Assembly: GCA_002189035.1 (NCBI GenBank)
Contig: CM007989.1
Coordinates: forward strand, 5,704,001 to 5,768,000
Direction: 5' to 3'
Length of the DNA stretch: 64,000 bases
Origin: Utricularia gibba
Taxonomy: Eukaryota; Plantae; Magnoliophyta
Part shown: positions 13,141 through 24,810 of the stretch, one piece after another
Position numbering within the stretch: the first letter of the stretch is position 1
Layout of the letters: each line of letters starts with the position of its first letter
Program-made: the position numbers and the translations under genes
Notes under the pieces: generated by a model
Seen by the model: the letters and a program-made list of their open reading frames with translations, nothing else
Database searches by the model: none
What the model was told of the DNA's origin: nothing

Positions 13141-13599
13141 GATGAATGCAGTGGCGCAGCTACACAAAACAAGGTGTAACTCAAATTATTTGAATACTAT
13201 CAGAATTAGCATAAACAAAAGTAACTTGATAAAAGAAAAATCTATAACATCATTCAAATTGTAAATTCTCCTATCAAATAAAATTTATAAACCTCTACTT
13301 ATCCTTATTTTCTGTTGATCAAATCGAACAAATCGCTAAAAGCATAACGAGATGCGGCATTCCTGGTTGCACCTATAACCCAAAAAATCGGCCCCATCTC
13401 AAAGACCGATTTTCACCCTTAACAAAGGTTCTAAAAAGTTTCATAATATTCTTTTTTTTAAAGATTTTATTAGTGAGATTGATGATACACATATTAGAGC
13501 TTCATTTCCTATAGCAAATCCGTGTGTTTTATTGGATGTAAGGGAGATCCATCCCAAAATTTTCTTGTTGTTTGTAACTTTAACATTTTTTTATTTTGC

Positions 13600-13985
13600 A
13601 TTCACTAGAAATGAATGCATTTGTCATGATAATAGGATTTTGCAATAATGCTTAGAGGATGATCATTCCAATTTCCGAAAACCACCACCTAGAAAATATT
13701 ACTTAGTAGATTCAAGATTCCCTAATACCAAAGGATACATGGTTTCATTCCATAATCAATGGTATACTTACCCGATTTTCAACATGCATGTGGTTTTAGA
13801 ACTGCATAAGAGCTTTTCAATTATAGACACTCATTGCTATGTGATTGTATTGAACAAACTTTTAGAGTATGAAAAAGCAAATTTAATATAGTGAATGATT
13901 TTCCTCATAACTTGCCATTCAAAAAACAAGTGCAGCTTGTTTTAGCTACGATGAAAATACACAATTTTTTGCAAATAGTTGATGT
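13600..13985 (+). mobile_element. PIF/Harbinger DDE transposase C-terminal remnant
   Basis: HD.RIL..ALEDD...PPPRKYYLVDSRFPNTKGYM...ELFNYRHSLLCDCIEQTFRV*KSKF...KQVQLVLATMKIHNF, typical of DDE_Tnp_4 nucleases. Confidence 0.85.
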
Positions 13986-14658
13986 AGACAATGATGGTGT
14001 AACTTTATATCAATATAACAAAAAACCCTTCTTTCTAGTGATGAAGAAACCATGAGAGTCTTCTATGGACTAGTTATGAAACTCAATATGTAATGAACAA
14101 TGAAGAATCTATCAAAATCAAACTAATTTATAAAGTTACAGATGAATTATCATGATTAATATGTTTCGGTAGTGATTTCCATCATATAAATAATTTATTT
14201 GTGATCTTTTATTGTTTGAATTCAATATATTTATATATTTTCTGTTTAATGTTTTGTTTGAATCAAATATATAATTATTCTCATTCAATTTACATATATT
14301 ATCAATGATGATCTTATTTCATAAAATGGTAAAAGTGACAATTTATTTTTAATAGGAGGGTATATTTGAAATTTAACATAGAAATGAGAATTAAAAATCA
14401 ATACATTTATTGAAATATGATTTGTAACTTTTCAAAAAATAATTTCTACTTTTTACTTAATAAGTAGTAATTATTTTTAATTTAGTTTAGAACATATCAA
14501 TAATGAATTGTTTAGTGCGTAAATGCCTTTTACATAAGAAATCTGTAAATGGATTATGGAACTTGCCACGATTCCTAATATAAACGGCATCCAGAAAATA
14601 ACAATCAGAAAGTTGCGTGGGTAGTTTGGTAGAGTTGCTGATCCAGATCCGGATATTG

Positions 14659-15893
14659 ATGCTTGCTTTGTCGCCACTGAGGAACTCCCTTAGCAATGGA
14701 CAAGAAGAAGAAGAAAAGGGGAAAGCAGATTTCTCTGTTGATAACATCTTAGACACCCTTGATTTCGATGAGTCCTCCTTCTTCGACGGCCTGCTGCCTG
14801 ATCTCCAGATGGATCGAGAAATCTTCTCAGATTTTTTGGTTCCGGAGTTGACGGCCGTCGCCAAGTCCACAGGAGAAGAAAATAACCAGCAAACGAAGAA
14901 ACCAATAAACCAACTTGGGAACAAGAAGTTGAAGAAGCCCAAGGTAGATTGGACGCCGGAGCTTCACCGGCGGTTTGTGCAGGCGGTGGAGAAACTGGGA
15001 TTTGAGAAAGCCGTGCCCTCAAGAATTTTACAGCTCATGGGAACCGCTAACCTCACTCGCCATAATGTTGCAAGCCACCTCCAGGTAAAGTCGATTTTGG
15101 TTGCTGTTTTTTCGGCGGAGCTCCACTGGCCATTGGTCGGGACACGGACACGGCTGTTCGTTAATCGATGTCCTTTGCAGAAATACCGGTCCCACCAGAA
15201 ACATATGCTGGCGCGGGGTGCGGAGGCCGCAAGATGGAATCAACGTGGCGGCGCCGGCGGCCCCCCGGCGGATTTCAGACACTTGCACGTGTGGGGCCAT
15301 CCGTCCTCCATTGACCAATCATTCATATGCGTGTGGCCCAGCACTTTATCTCAACTGCCACCTCTGATCCACCACCATGTGAGTAACTTCCAAGTGTGTT
15401 TACCAATGCATATCCATTCTCCTCAGTGCAAGTCACATCCTTCTTCTATTATTTAATTATTATTAATTTTATCCGTGATGGACTAATCCCAAAACATGCT
15501 GAAATCCGGCCTGTTGGTTGTTCTTGATTCCCGGCAACGGTAGTAACAAAGAACGAGCCTTTGTTGTCTGTTACAGATTCCGACACTGGGGACGCCGTGC
15601 TTTCCGACTCGATTCCAGGCAGCACCTGCTTCACGCATACCGGGTTTGGCACCTGCTCATCCTGTAAGTTCTTTGTCTTTCTTTCCTTGTTAATGGGCAA
15701 CAACAGAATCACCACCGGGAAGATGTAACCTTGATGCGGCGCCATTCAGTCGGCAGAGAGCGTGGACGCGGCTATCGGAGAGGTCCTATCGAAGCCGTGG
15801 ATGCCGATGCCGCTGGGTTTGAACCCACCCTCAGTCGACAGTGTGATCGCTGAGCTACAGCGCCAAGGAGTATCTAAAATACCACTCGCGTGA
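14659..15893 (+). CDS. GLK: GOLDEN2-like (GARP) transcription factor, compact and divergent, 284 aa, 4 exons
   Basis: Exons 14659-15084, 15181-15378, 15577-15663, 15750-15893; GT-AG; 855 nt. Start MLALSPLR; GARP domain [20 protein letters not shown]...[13 protein letters not shown]; ARGAEAA; LHVWGHP; GTPCFP; GCT box [42 protein letters not shown]. Confidence 0.92.
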
Positions 15894-17339
15894 TCACGAA
15901 AAATAGCATCCGTTTCGTCGAGATTTCCAACTAGTGCTCGTGTGTAAAGTGAAGTTCCTTTTTAGTTGCTTTTTTTTTTTTCAATGGCAAGAGTAAGTTC
16001 ATTTTTGAGCTGTTAATGTAAGTTATGGAGGAAACTTGTGACTGCATATGTCAATACAAACTCATGAAACCTTTAGGTTGGCGTGTCTAGTCCTAATCCA
16101 ACTTCATCTTATTTGGATTTATATACATATATTATAAGTTTTACAAGATAATTCGTATTTGGTTCATTGACATAATCTATTTAAATTTAAAATACTTTTG
16201 ACATTGAAATTACAAAATTATCCAACTTTTCTTAATATAAGAAAAAAGAAATGAATTACCAGTCCTTTTTAAATTTACTAATGTCCTCACCTACCCACAT
16301 TTCACCTTCTTACTAGAGTTTTTTGCAAGTAACAAATTTGGTGAGTCGACTTTCAAGCTTCGCGAGTTTGACATTTTTGGTTACCCCTTTTGTTGTGAAA
16401 CTAATTTTGTACACGTAATTGTTGTTTCATTACATGGTAGAGAGCTTTTCGTTGCCATGTAGGGAGCTTCTCCTTTTATATTGTGACACTACATACATTA
16501 TCATTTTTCGTTGAAAACAATTAACATGTTCTAAATACATGTAGACAATTCCTACGCTTACAACTAGAAGCACAAGGATTGGTGTTACTTGGTGCTGCAA
16601 GTTGTGAGCATTGGAACCTAGCAACTACTTCCCAAATGGGCTAGCCGTGTACTCTAACCACTATGCGTAGTATTTATTAGTTTAAGGACAAAATAAGAAT
16701 TATATGTCTACATGCATGATGAGATAAGACTACCAACTAAAAATAGAGAACGAGGAGAAGCTAAACCTCTCTAAGACACACAACATGGGAAAGCACGATC
16801 GAGTAGAGAGAACGGAGATTTTAGATGCTAGGAGTGGTGCGCCATTTCCCTATTCTTTATATTTACAATATATATATATAATCATTAATAGTTATATTAA
16901 TGTACCACATTGATATATTAATTAAATGTCACATTTTCATTTATAATATTGTCTTTGTTAATAAGCTTGATGTTGCTAAAATTGGGAAATTTGTAAGTGC
17001 TGAAGCATACAACTGTTCTAGAGATGGCAGTAATGGTAATTGATGATCATTAGATAAAGGTTCTTCTGCCCTTGGCATCCAAAGTCTCCTCCAATAGCTG
17101 GTTACTAGATAATACGTCTGTTTACTTTGGATTGCTTTAGCAGTTGAGAAGCTGATCATCATGTGTCATTGTTGTCATTCTTCTCAAGTAGGAATACCAG
17201 TGCTTTGGTCTTTCAACTATAGGCAAAGGAAGCACAACAAACTCTAGAGAGACAAGAAGTAGAGTAACCATCATTATGACAACAGTAATAATATCATCTC
17301 CATCAGTTGAGTAACAACAAGTCCATGATAGAAAAACAT

Positions 17340-19020
17340 AGGGTGTGTTTGGTTCGCGTGAACTACATTTGAACGCAGATCTACAACCCAGATTTGTTCG
17401 TGCTTTGTTAGTGGCGTCGCCTGTTCTTTGAGCGCAAGAGGGTAGGTCTTTCGGTAAGTATGCTTTCTGTTCTTGGTGGGTTGGTCCACGATAGCACCGC
17501 GAGAGGCCAACCACGGCAGCATCGTGATAACACATATTTTTTAATGACTCAATGCATGGAATTTACTCATGTTGCGCTACAAAAATTATGCTTTATTGCC
17601 TAGTTTTATATTTTGCACATAAGTACCGTAGTAGTGTCAATTTAGTCTTAGTTGGGACTAAATGCAGATTTAGTCCCAACCTTCTAATCGTTTTATTTGA
17701 GTAATGCAGTCTAGGTCGCAACACAAATCCCAAGGAGCCGAATATGCACAGTGTAGTGGCAGAAGATGAGTCCAAAAGTTTGAAAATTGGTACACACAAA
17801 ATCCAAGGAGGGAAAAAGAAAGATTTTGGACAAAAGGAGGGAAAGTTGGAGAGAGAAGGTAGATCTCCCCTTGGAAACTCACGAACACATTTTCGGGGGA
17901 GAATGTTTTCTGGGGAGGAAGAAGAAGGAAGACAAACAGGAACGAAGCTGAAGTTCAAGATTATTTTCTGTCTTCGAAGAATATTACTCCTAGCTAAGAG
18001 TAGCTAGTGACGTTTTTTCAGTTTTCGTTGACACTTCACATTACTTGCTTGTTTGCTTTCTGGTATTTGAGTGTGAAATGAGCACACTATGGGTGATGTT
18101 TTCTTTTCCACTTTCGTTTACCTTAAGCATGAGTGGCTAAATACTTAGGGGGTGCCTTGGGGTAAAAAGGGGAGAAACATGTTAATCAACTTTTAGATCT
18201 AAACAGCCATGAGTCACGCCACTTCTTTAACAAACCAGGATAGATCCAGGAGGGGAAATAGTGAAACCCAACTTAACAACCCTAATTAGAGGTAGACCAA
18301 AGATTAGGGGAAAAAACAAGAATCCGGGTAGACCTATATCTTGTGAATTAGTTGTATGATTTGTGGTTTCTGTGAGTTTGTTTAGTGATGAGCATACATC
18401 CCCTAGGAGTCCCAAGGCATCACTCATTTCATTCCAGAAACAACCGAACTCTAGAACTTATTACTTTTCTTTACTGTATTTCGTTTTAGTTCTGCCTTAG
18501 TCTTAGCTAAGACCAATTTTACCAACGTGACATTGATTCCTTACATTGACCTTCACATAGCAAGCACCTAGCTCCTTGTGTTCAACCCTAGTCCACTATG
18601 CTCATAATTGTTTTATGATTGAATGTGTATTAGGTTATAAATTTATTTGATATGAAAGTTTACATTTACGACATGTGAATTTTTCGTTTATCACACCGCA
18701 TAGTAGATTTTTATCTGTGAATTTCCAATTTCAGAATATGTGGTGTTGTGTTAGTGAACATATTTTGCTCAATTTTGGTGACTGTTGAGGGGACATGGAT
18801 TTTTTCACTGAGGGTCATGTCATCTTGAGTGCAGCAGCAGCAGTTTTGACTGAATACTTGGTGCAGATGAATGTGTTAGTATACTTACATTGGAAGAAAT
18901 ACCGTAGGGGATATAGGGTGAGACGCAAGTATTCACTTACACACAAGATTCCTAGACAAGTTGAGTTTATTAGTAGGTTGGTGAGTGATGTGAACAGCGC
19001 ATCCATTGGGTATTTTATGT
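17340..19020 (+). mobile_element. Left end of a PIF/Harbinger-like element (TIR and transposase N-terminus) interrupted by a solo LTR
   Basis: GGGTGTGTTTGGTT terminal-inverted-repeat (TIR)-like motif at about 17340 after TA; ORF 18795-19022 (…YSLTHKIPRQVEFISRLVSDVN) resembles the N-terminus of plant Harbinger nucleases. Confidence 0.55.
17525..18693 (+). mobile_element. Solo LTR, Athila-type family A (1169 bp)
   Basis: TGATAACAC...CGTTTATCA termini; flanks CATCG/CACCG (4 of 5 TSD match); homologous to the LTR next to the tRNA-Asp PBS at 45382-45995, which defines its orientation. Confidence 0.9.
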
Positions 19021-19322
19021 AGCCTATTAGAAAATCGTTTTAACTTAAAGGCTAGAAAGTATATAACGGTTCCGAAGATGGTTATCCAGCATTAAATACC
19101 CACCCTACACACAATAAAGGCGCCTCACATTGTGCACTATCCAAAACAACTTCATTAATTCTGCCCATCCAACTCCACCCTTTCGGCAATCGTGTAGCAG
19201 CACCGCGAAAACAGTCTCCTCGACAACCTCTCTAGAATAGCATCGCGACAGTAGGCACCTTTGCCCTCTACGTTTCAAATTCTTCGTTGCCATCGTCGAG
19301 TAACACATCTATTGTTTTCCAG

Positions 19323-21149
19323 ATGTTGACATGTGAGAAACTATGTGTCCGCTTCTCAATTCCCGACGGTTACACGATGTGGGATAAACAGCCGGGTGAA
19401 ACGTCGGACGGCGAATCACCATCCAGAGTTGGCGCATCGGGATTTGTCGTCAGCACCGAGCACTTTCGGTGCGGATTGCGACTCCCCCCGCCCCTTTCTT
19501 GGTGCAAATACTTGCTGCACTCCAGATCCCACTCTCCCACCTCACACCATGTTCTATGGTGCACGTTCTCGCATTTCTGCAGATTTGTGAAGAGGAGGAC
19601 ATACCCCCGGAAATGCGTGTCTTCTTTGGGGTTTTTGTTTGTGTCCAACGCAAGGGGAGTCCGCACTACTCACTTCATGGAAAACCTGGTGTGGTACTGG
19701 TTATAGACATGAGAAGCACATATGATGATTGGTGGACCAGTTTTGTATGGGTATGCCCACCCACCGCTGCAGAATGGCCAACAACGTTGACAGTGTCAGA
19801 GAATGTGGGACACCCATCAGGTAATCACAAACAATTACTTTGGATATTCACACGTCTTGTTGAACAGTACTCAATTTTTTTTTGTTGTTTGCGTTGTAGG
19901 CATAGAGGTATTGCCAAAACGTGCGGCAATGAGGTTTGTGAATTTTTTCTCTTGCAGAACAAAGTCCTTGGAGGACATCTTGCCCCCCTTCATCAATGCC
20001 CCTAGGACACAGCATCTGTGGTGCCGAACCCCTCGACACCATAGACAACGTAGGAGTACAAATGATGGTCTTGAGGAAGTGACCCATTAAGAGGATGAAG
20101 ATGTGCAGCTAGAAGTCAGGGGCAACACGGAGGGGCCAACACCGATTTGGACACATGACGAAGGGTGCGGTGCTGCCACTGCAGAGTACATCCAAATGGA
20201 CAGACTATACGCAGAGAATCTTGAACTCTGTGGTTGGCTTGCATGGTATGAAGCAAGGTGGTTATATGGTGGACCGTCGAGTGATAACACGGCCCCACCA
20301 CGAAAGTTGCTTATATTTGATGTGAATGGCGTACTTGTGGACATTGTATATCCTCGCGAAGTCAGATGAGGAGCGCCGAAGCCGGATGCCGTCATTTATG
20401 GGCGAAACGGTAATGCAGTGTCATTGATATGCATTTAATATTTGGTGTATGTGTCAGTACTATTTCTTGTGCTTGTAGTGTATCTTCGACCAGGTGCACG
20501 TGAGTTGATACAGTTTTGCATGGAACACTTTGACATCGCCATCTGGTCTTCAAGAGGACGGTAAGACTGACCACCATGCAGGCAAGGGGGTCCACATTCC
20601 TGCTGACTTTTTTTTTTTTCTGACAACATGTGGGTGTGAACAATTGCACGATGTGGTTCAGTGGTTACTAGGGCCTACAGCAGCCAGCAAGCTCGTCTTC
20701 GAATGGGATAGATCCAGGTGTGTGGACACCGGCTATCCGGTGCACGACAACAGGAACAACACGGTTAAGCTTAAGCTTTTGAATCATGTATGGGGCGCCA
20801 ACACTGAGTTCAAGGTCAAATATCACCGTCTTAATACGCTACTCATCGATGATGTGCCGTACAAGTCACTACACAATCCGGTGAGTTTTTGGTTGTGCTC
20901 ATTCTCCACCATCTTGCATCGAATGATTGTTTAGTTTCATGGACAGCCCGAAAATGCCATATTCCCAACCACCTTCAAGTACACCGCGGTCAATGATTGT
21001 TCGTTGGTTCGAGGGGAGATATTAGAACGTTCATGGAAGCTCTCATTGGCCAAATGGATGTACCCACGCACGTCGATCGCCGTCGGGTAGGTCAACGTCC
21101 AATAGACGAGGAACACTCATTGTGGAAGCATTACAAGACTCTTGTGTAA
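19323..21149 (+). pseudogene. Spliced chimeric gene: Transposase_28-like (Retand accessory-ORF type) domain followed by an FCP1/NIF-like HAD phosphatase domain; disabled
   Basis: 5' part LCVRFSIPDGY...FRCGLRLPP/PFLVQIL...SHLTPCS...DDWWTSFVWVCP. 3' part RKLLIFDVNGVLVD, VYLRPGARELIQFCMEHFDIAIWSS, WDRSRCVDTG, NTLLIDDVPYKSLHNP|PENAIFP, GQRPI..EHSLWKHY. GT-AG introns present. Lesions: frameshift in a C-run (about 19490), TAA at 20088-20090, TGA at 20367-20369, one damaged acceptor, frameshift at about 21010. Confidence 0.75.
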
Positions 21150-21354
21150 CCGACGATGCACCTTTGAAATTGCATGGATCTTGCATGAACTATCATATGC
21201 TGACCTTGTTAGTTTTTGATCGACCACTTATCGCGATGGCACCGGATGTTGTAACATTCGTACAATAAGTGTTAATAAATAATATGATGAAAACATGCTG
21301 AGTAAATAAATAATTATTTATAGCCCACGACCCAACATTCTTAATGAAAAAATA

Positions 21355-21525
21355 CTATCGGTTCTGTGTCGGGTCTAGATATTTTCTCGTAGACCCAGAA
21401 CCGACCAGTTCTTCATGAACCCAAAACCGACCTAGACCCAGAACCAGAACCGGTCAGAACCCACCCGAAAAACTAGGTCGATTCCGATCAGTTCTGGGTC
21501 TAGGTGGGTCTTTTGAACATCTCTA
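21355..21525 (-). mobile_element. hAT-like terminus with subterminal repeats
   Basis: Minus strand begins TAGAGATGTTCAAAA (Ac/hAT-type TAGGGATG-like end), followed by clustered ACCCAGAACCG, GACCTAGACCC and AAACCGAC motifs. No partner end identified. Confidence 0.45.
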
Positions 21526-22264
21526 ACAACAAGGTTGCCTACATATGGAAAACATTATTTATGGATAAAAACCACAGCAATTGATAGAGATTAAAACTTC
21601 ATAAAGCTAAGAAAAAATCCAAGCAATCCAAGTTCATATTCATAAAAAATAAAACTGCAAAATCAGAAAAATAAACAAAAAGATAGTTGTTGAAAAACAT
21701 TTGGATATATCTTTATAGTGAACCAAGCAAAACATTGCAAGAAGCAATTTGGTGCATGAACCAGGCAAAACAGGGAAAACATTGTTGATACAATACACAC
21801 TCTAGACCAATTCCTCAAAATTAGTGAAAAATGCAATTCCAACAATCTGCATCTCTAGTACCCACACTAACAGAATTTTGCTCAGCAAGAAAACATTGAA
21901 AAAAACTAGGTAAAATAAAAAACATTTACTTGTTGTGTGCGTGACCTAATCCAGTGCGTGCAAATAGAGAATGAGGGAAGAACTGTTTTTGTTTTACTCA
22001 GTTCCTAGCGGAAATTGGGTTTCCACATAGACGGTTTTCGGAAATCGGAAAGTTGCATGTATTAATGTTTGAAAACTTAATTATTAAAAATATACATCCA
22101 CATCATCATTTCTGAACATGAATAAAGATGCCCAAAAGGTAGAAGAACATATACCTTCATCATATCTTCATTTCAAGTGTCTAAGATCCGTGATTTTAAA
22201 CAGCATTCTATTCACATTGAATATTAATAACTTGGATGGAAGCCACAATTATTAATAACAACAA

Positions 22265-22590
22265 TCAAATCCAACATTAGATAAGATGGTACACAATGTT
22301 GGATGAAATTGAAATTCTCTGCATGTTAATTCCATCACCGATTGTGTGTTCTGCAATGTTGTGTGAAGTTGAAGTCCTCTACAAGTTTTATATAGTTTTG
22401 GGCATTGCATTGTGCAGTCCTAAACAAAGTTGCAATCCTCCACAAGCTTATTCAAGTACTCGAAAGAGTGTTGAACAATGATGCATGAAGCTCAATCCTC
22501 CTAAAATTTTACAATGCTACATGAAGCTGCAATTTGTTATTTCAAGCATCAAATAGCATGTTACACAATATTGCATGAAGTTGCAATCAC
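22265..22590. repeat. Degenerate tandem array of CAATG..GCATGAAGTTGCAATC-like units
   Basis: Five or six recognisable copies, e.g. CAATGTTGGATGAAATTGAAAT, CAATGTTGTGTGAAGTTGAAGT, CAATGATGCATGAAGCTCAAT, CAATGCTACATGAAGCTGCAAT, CAATATTGCATGAAGTTGCAAT. Confidence 0.45.
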
Positions 22591-23400
22591 ACATGTGTCA
22601 AATTTGAGCATTCCACATAAGCACACTAATAAGACACAAATGTCCATTTTAGCATTCAACATCAATATTGTCATACAAAAGCATAGCAACATTGTCATAA
22701 AGTTGGAGGAACATCTTGAATATTTAGCATTATCTATGCGTCACTAGCCAATCATTATACATGGCAGCATCCTAGTCATTGCGCCAAGCATTCCATGCCT
22801 AGCTCAGCACAATGATTATTGTAACTTAATCCATGTCACTAGCATCTTCATTTTCTTTCTACAAATCTAAAGGAATATCATACTCATTGATATGGTTTGG
22901 GTATTGCATGGCCTTATCAAGATTGAAGTGCAACACCCATCCATCAAACTGTAAAGAGATTGTACCTACTTGGACACCATGTTTTCTCAAAATGATCGTC
23001 CCTAAATGATGGAGCACGAGATCTTAGGATCTCTTTCCATGGGAATAACTAAAAATTCAGCAAAAAAATTAAATCTCTAACATAAAGAAATGCATAATCA
23101 ACTCTACTATCAGGCTTAATATGTGATCTATCAGCTAATTAACAGACAACGATAATGTATTCATGTTTACCTAGTTTAGATGGAAGATAAAGATAAAGAA
23201 ACATAAGCATGATATTAACAGAAGCTTCAGATCACACATGGAAACTATTTTTCTCTCACCAATAGTCACTAGAATGAATGGATTATTACACTTTCTTAGA
23301 ATTCTTTTTTGGATAATTGTTGAAATATTTTCGGTCGAAGAGATCATTTTTTCCACTTTTGCCTTCCTCTTGGGTTCACACAAATCTTTCAACATCTTTG

Positions 23401-24810
23401 TGATAAACGGAAATTCCTAGTGTCGTTGCAAAAATAGAAAATTCGTTATCAAATAAATTTATAGTCCCTAATCCTCACAAAATATATATTAAACTGAAAA
23501 TGCACAGTGGAATTCGGGGTCGATCACAAGGAGCTTGTGCTTGTCTTGTATTTCAGCAAATGCAGAATTCAATGTAGGTAAGTCTTAGTCTAAGCTCGGA
23601 CTAACAGTGGTAAACAAGTTCGGTAAACAAGATCGGTAAGCAATATAAGGTCTTAACGCTAAAGTAATAGGTACTAGTTTTGTCTCAGAATAATACTAAC
23701 GTGCCTTAAGGATCTACAGGTGGTGTGGTGCCAAAATTCCTAATTTAATCTACCATGTTCCTATACTCACAACTTCAAATAACCTAAGTCTACCCAGGTC
23801 ATTCATCATATTTTCGGCTAAGTTAGTCCTCCATATCATCACCAACCTTACAATTAGGTCTACCCGCATGCAAAGCATATAGAACTAGGTCTACCCGATT
23901 CTACTGGTTCTACCCCGTACTAACACCTTCTGCTCTCGTCTTAACTTGTTGGTCTACCTCTAAATCAAGCATTTAAGCTATGAAGCTACTTGTTCCCCTC
24001 CTTAGGTCTACCCATGGTTTGATAGAAACAAGAGCTAAGAAACTAAGGTCAATTTTACTAAGACTCCTAGACCCACACCATCATGCTTCACCTTAAGGCA
24101 CTCCTAAGGTTTAGCTACTCATGCTTTGAAGGTAAAATGTAATGGCATTAACATAAAATAACGAAAATGTTGAGAACATTGTGCAGAAGTTTAGTGCAGA
24201 AGCTAAGAACATAAGCAAACGAAAATAAGGCAGTAAAGTTTCTAGATTCTGTCTGCCACTATTCACAGGCCGAAACAGTGGCGCTGAACTGGGTCTTCAT
24301 CTTCTTCCTTCAAGCTGGAGGTTCTTCTCCAGAAAAATCGCCTTTCTTCCTCCTTCTTCTTCGTGTTTCAGTTGGGGTGGGGGGAGAAACCCCCTCGTAT
24401 GTTTGCCCCCCTCTGAAAATTCTGGGGTGAACTTCCTTTTCTTTTTTGCGATTCTCTCTCCTCAGCTTTCTCTTGCCTCCCACTTCCCAAGGCAAGTACA
24501 TTCTCTGATAGATCTGCTACTCTAGGCCCTGACTTGTAGACTGTCACCGTGACAGTGTACTCATTGCCCCCTGCACCCTGGTGACTTGCACGAAATCCAG
24601 ATTTTTTCTTGATTCTTGGGCTGCTGCTAGACTCCAAAATCGGGTTAGACATGGGGTGGGCTAAATCAAAGGATTTAGCCCACTAATCACACCAAAAATC
24701 ATATTTTCCCTAATCAAATAAAAATACTTAAAATTATAAAATTAACACTTAAACATAATTAAAATCTATGATTTTTCTTATTCTAAAACATGAAAATTTG
24801 TGTGTTATCA
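23401..24810 (-). mobile_element. Solo LTR, family B (1410 bp), perfect TSD
   Basis: TGATAAACG...GTGTTATCA on plus; CTTTG on both sides (23396-23400, 24811-24815); removing it restores KYAK-MLKDL in the host element. Confidence 0.95.

Noticed and set aside
14487-15022. Antisense ORFs of 151 aa and 110 aa over GLK exon 1
   Set aside because: Shadow frames of a GC-rich coding exon with no recognisable motifs.
15664-15706. 43-nt GLK intron using the first AG
   Set aside because: Too short for a typical plant intron and puts the GCT box out of frame; the AG at 15748-15749 restores HP|SAES.
16430-17340. Possible LTR or copia linker fragments 3' of GLK
   Set aside because: No diagnostic motif, terminus or TSD could be fixed.
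17593-18007. Similar ORFs in the two family A LTRs (17593-17958 and 45716-46000) as a conserved LTR-encoded peptide
   Set aside because: The similarity follows from LTR nucleotide homology in a purine-skewed, stop-poor region; starts and ends differ between copies.
23788-24013. Short repeated GTCTACCC units as a CRISPR-like array
   Set aside because: Units are only 8 bp, irregularly spaced, inside a eukaryotic LTR, and the spacers are conserved between LTR copies.
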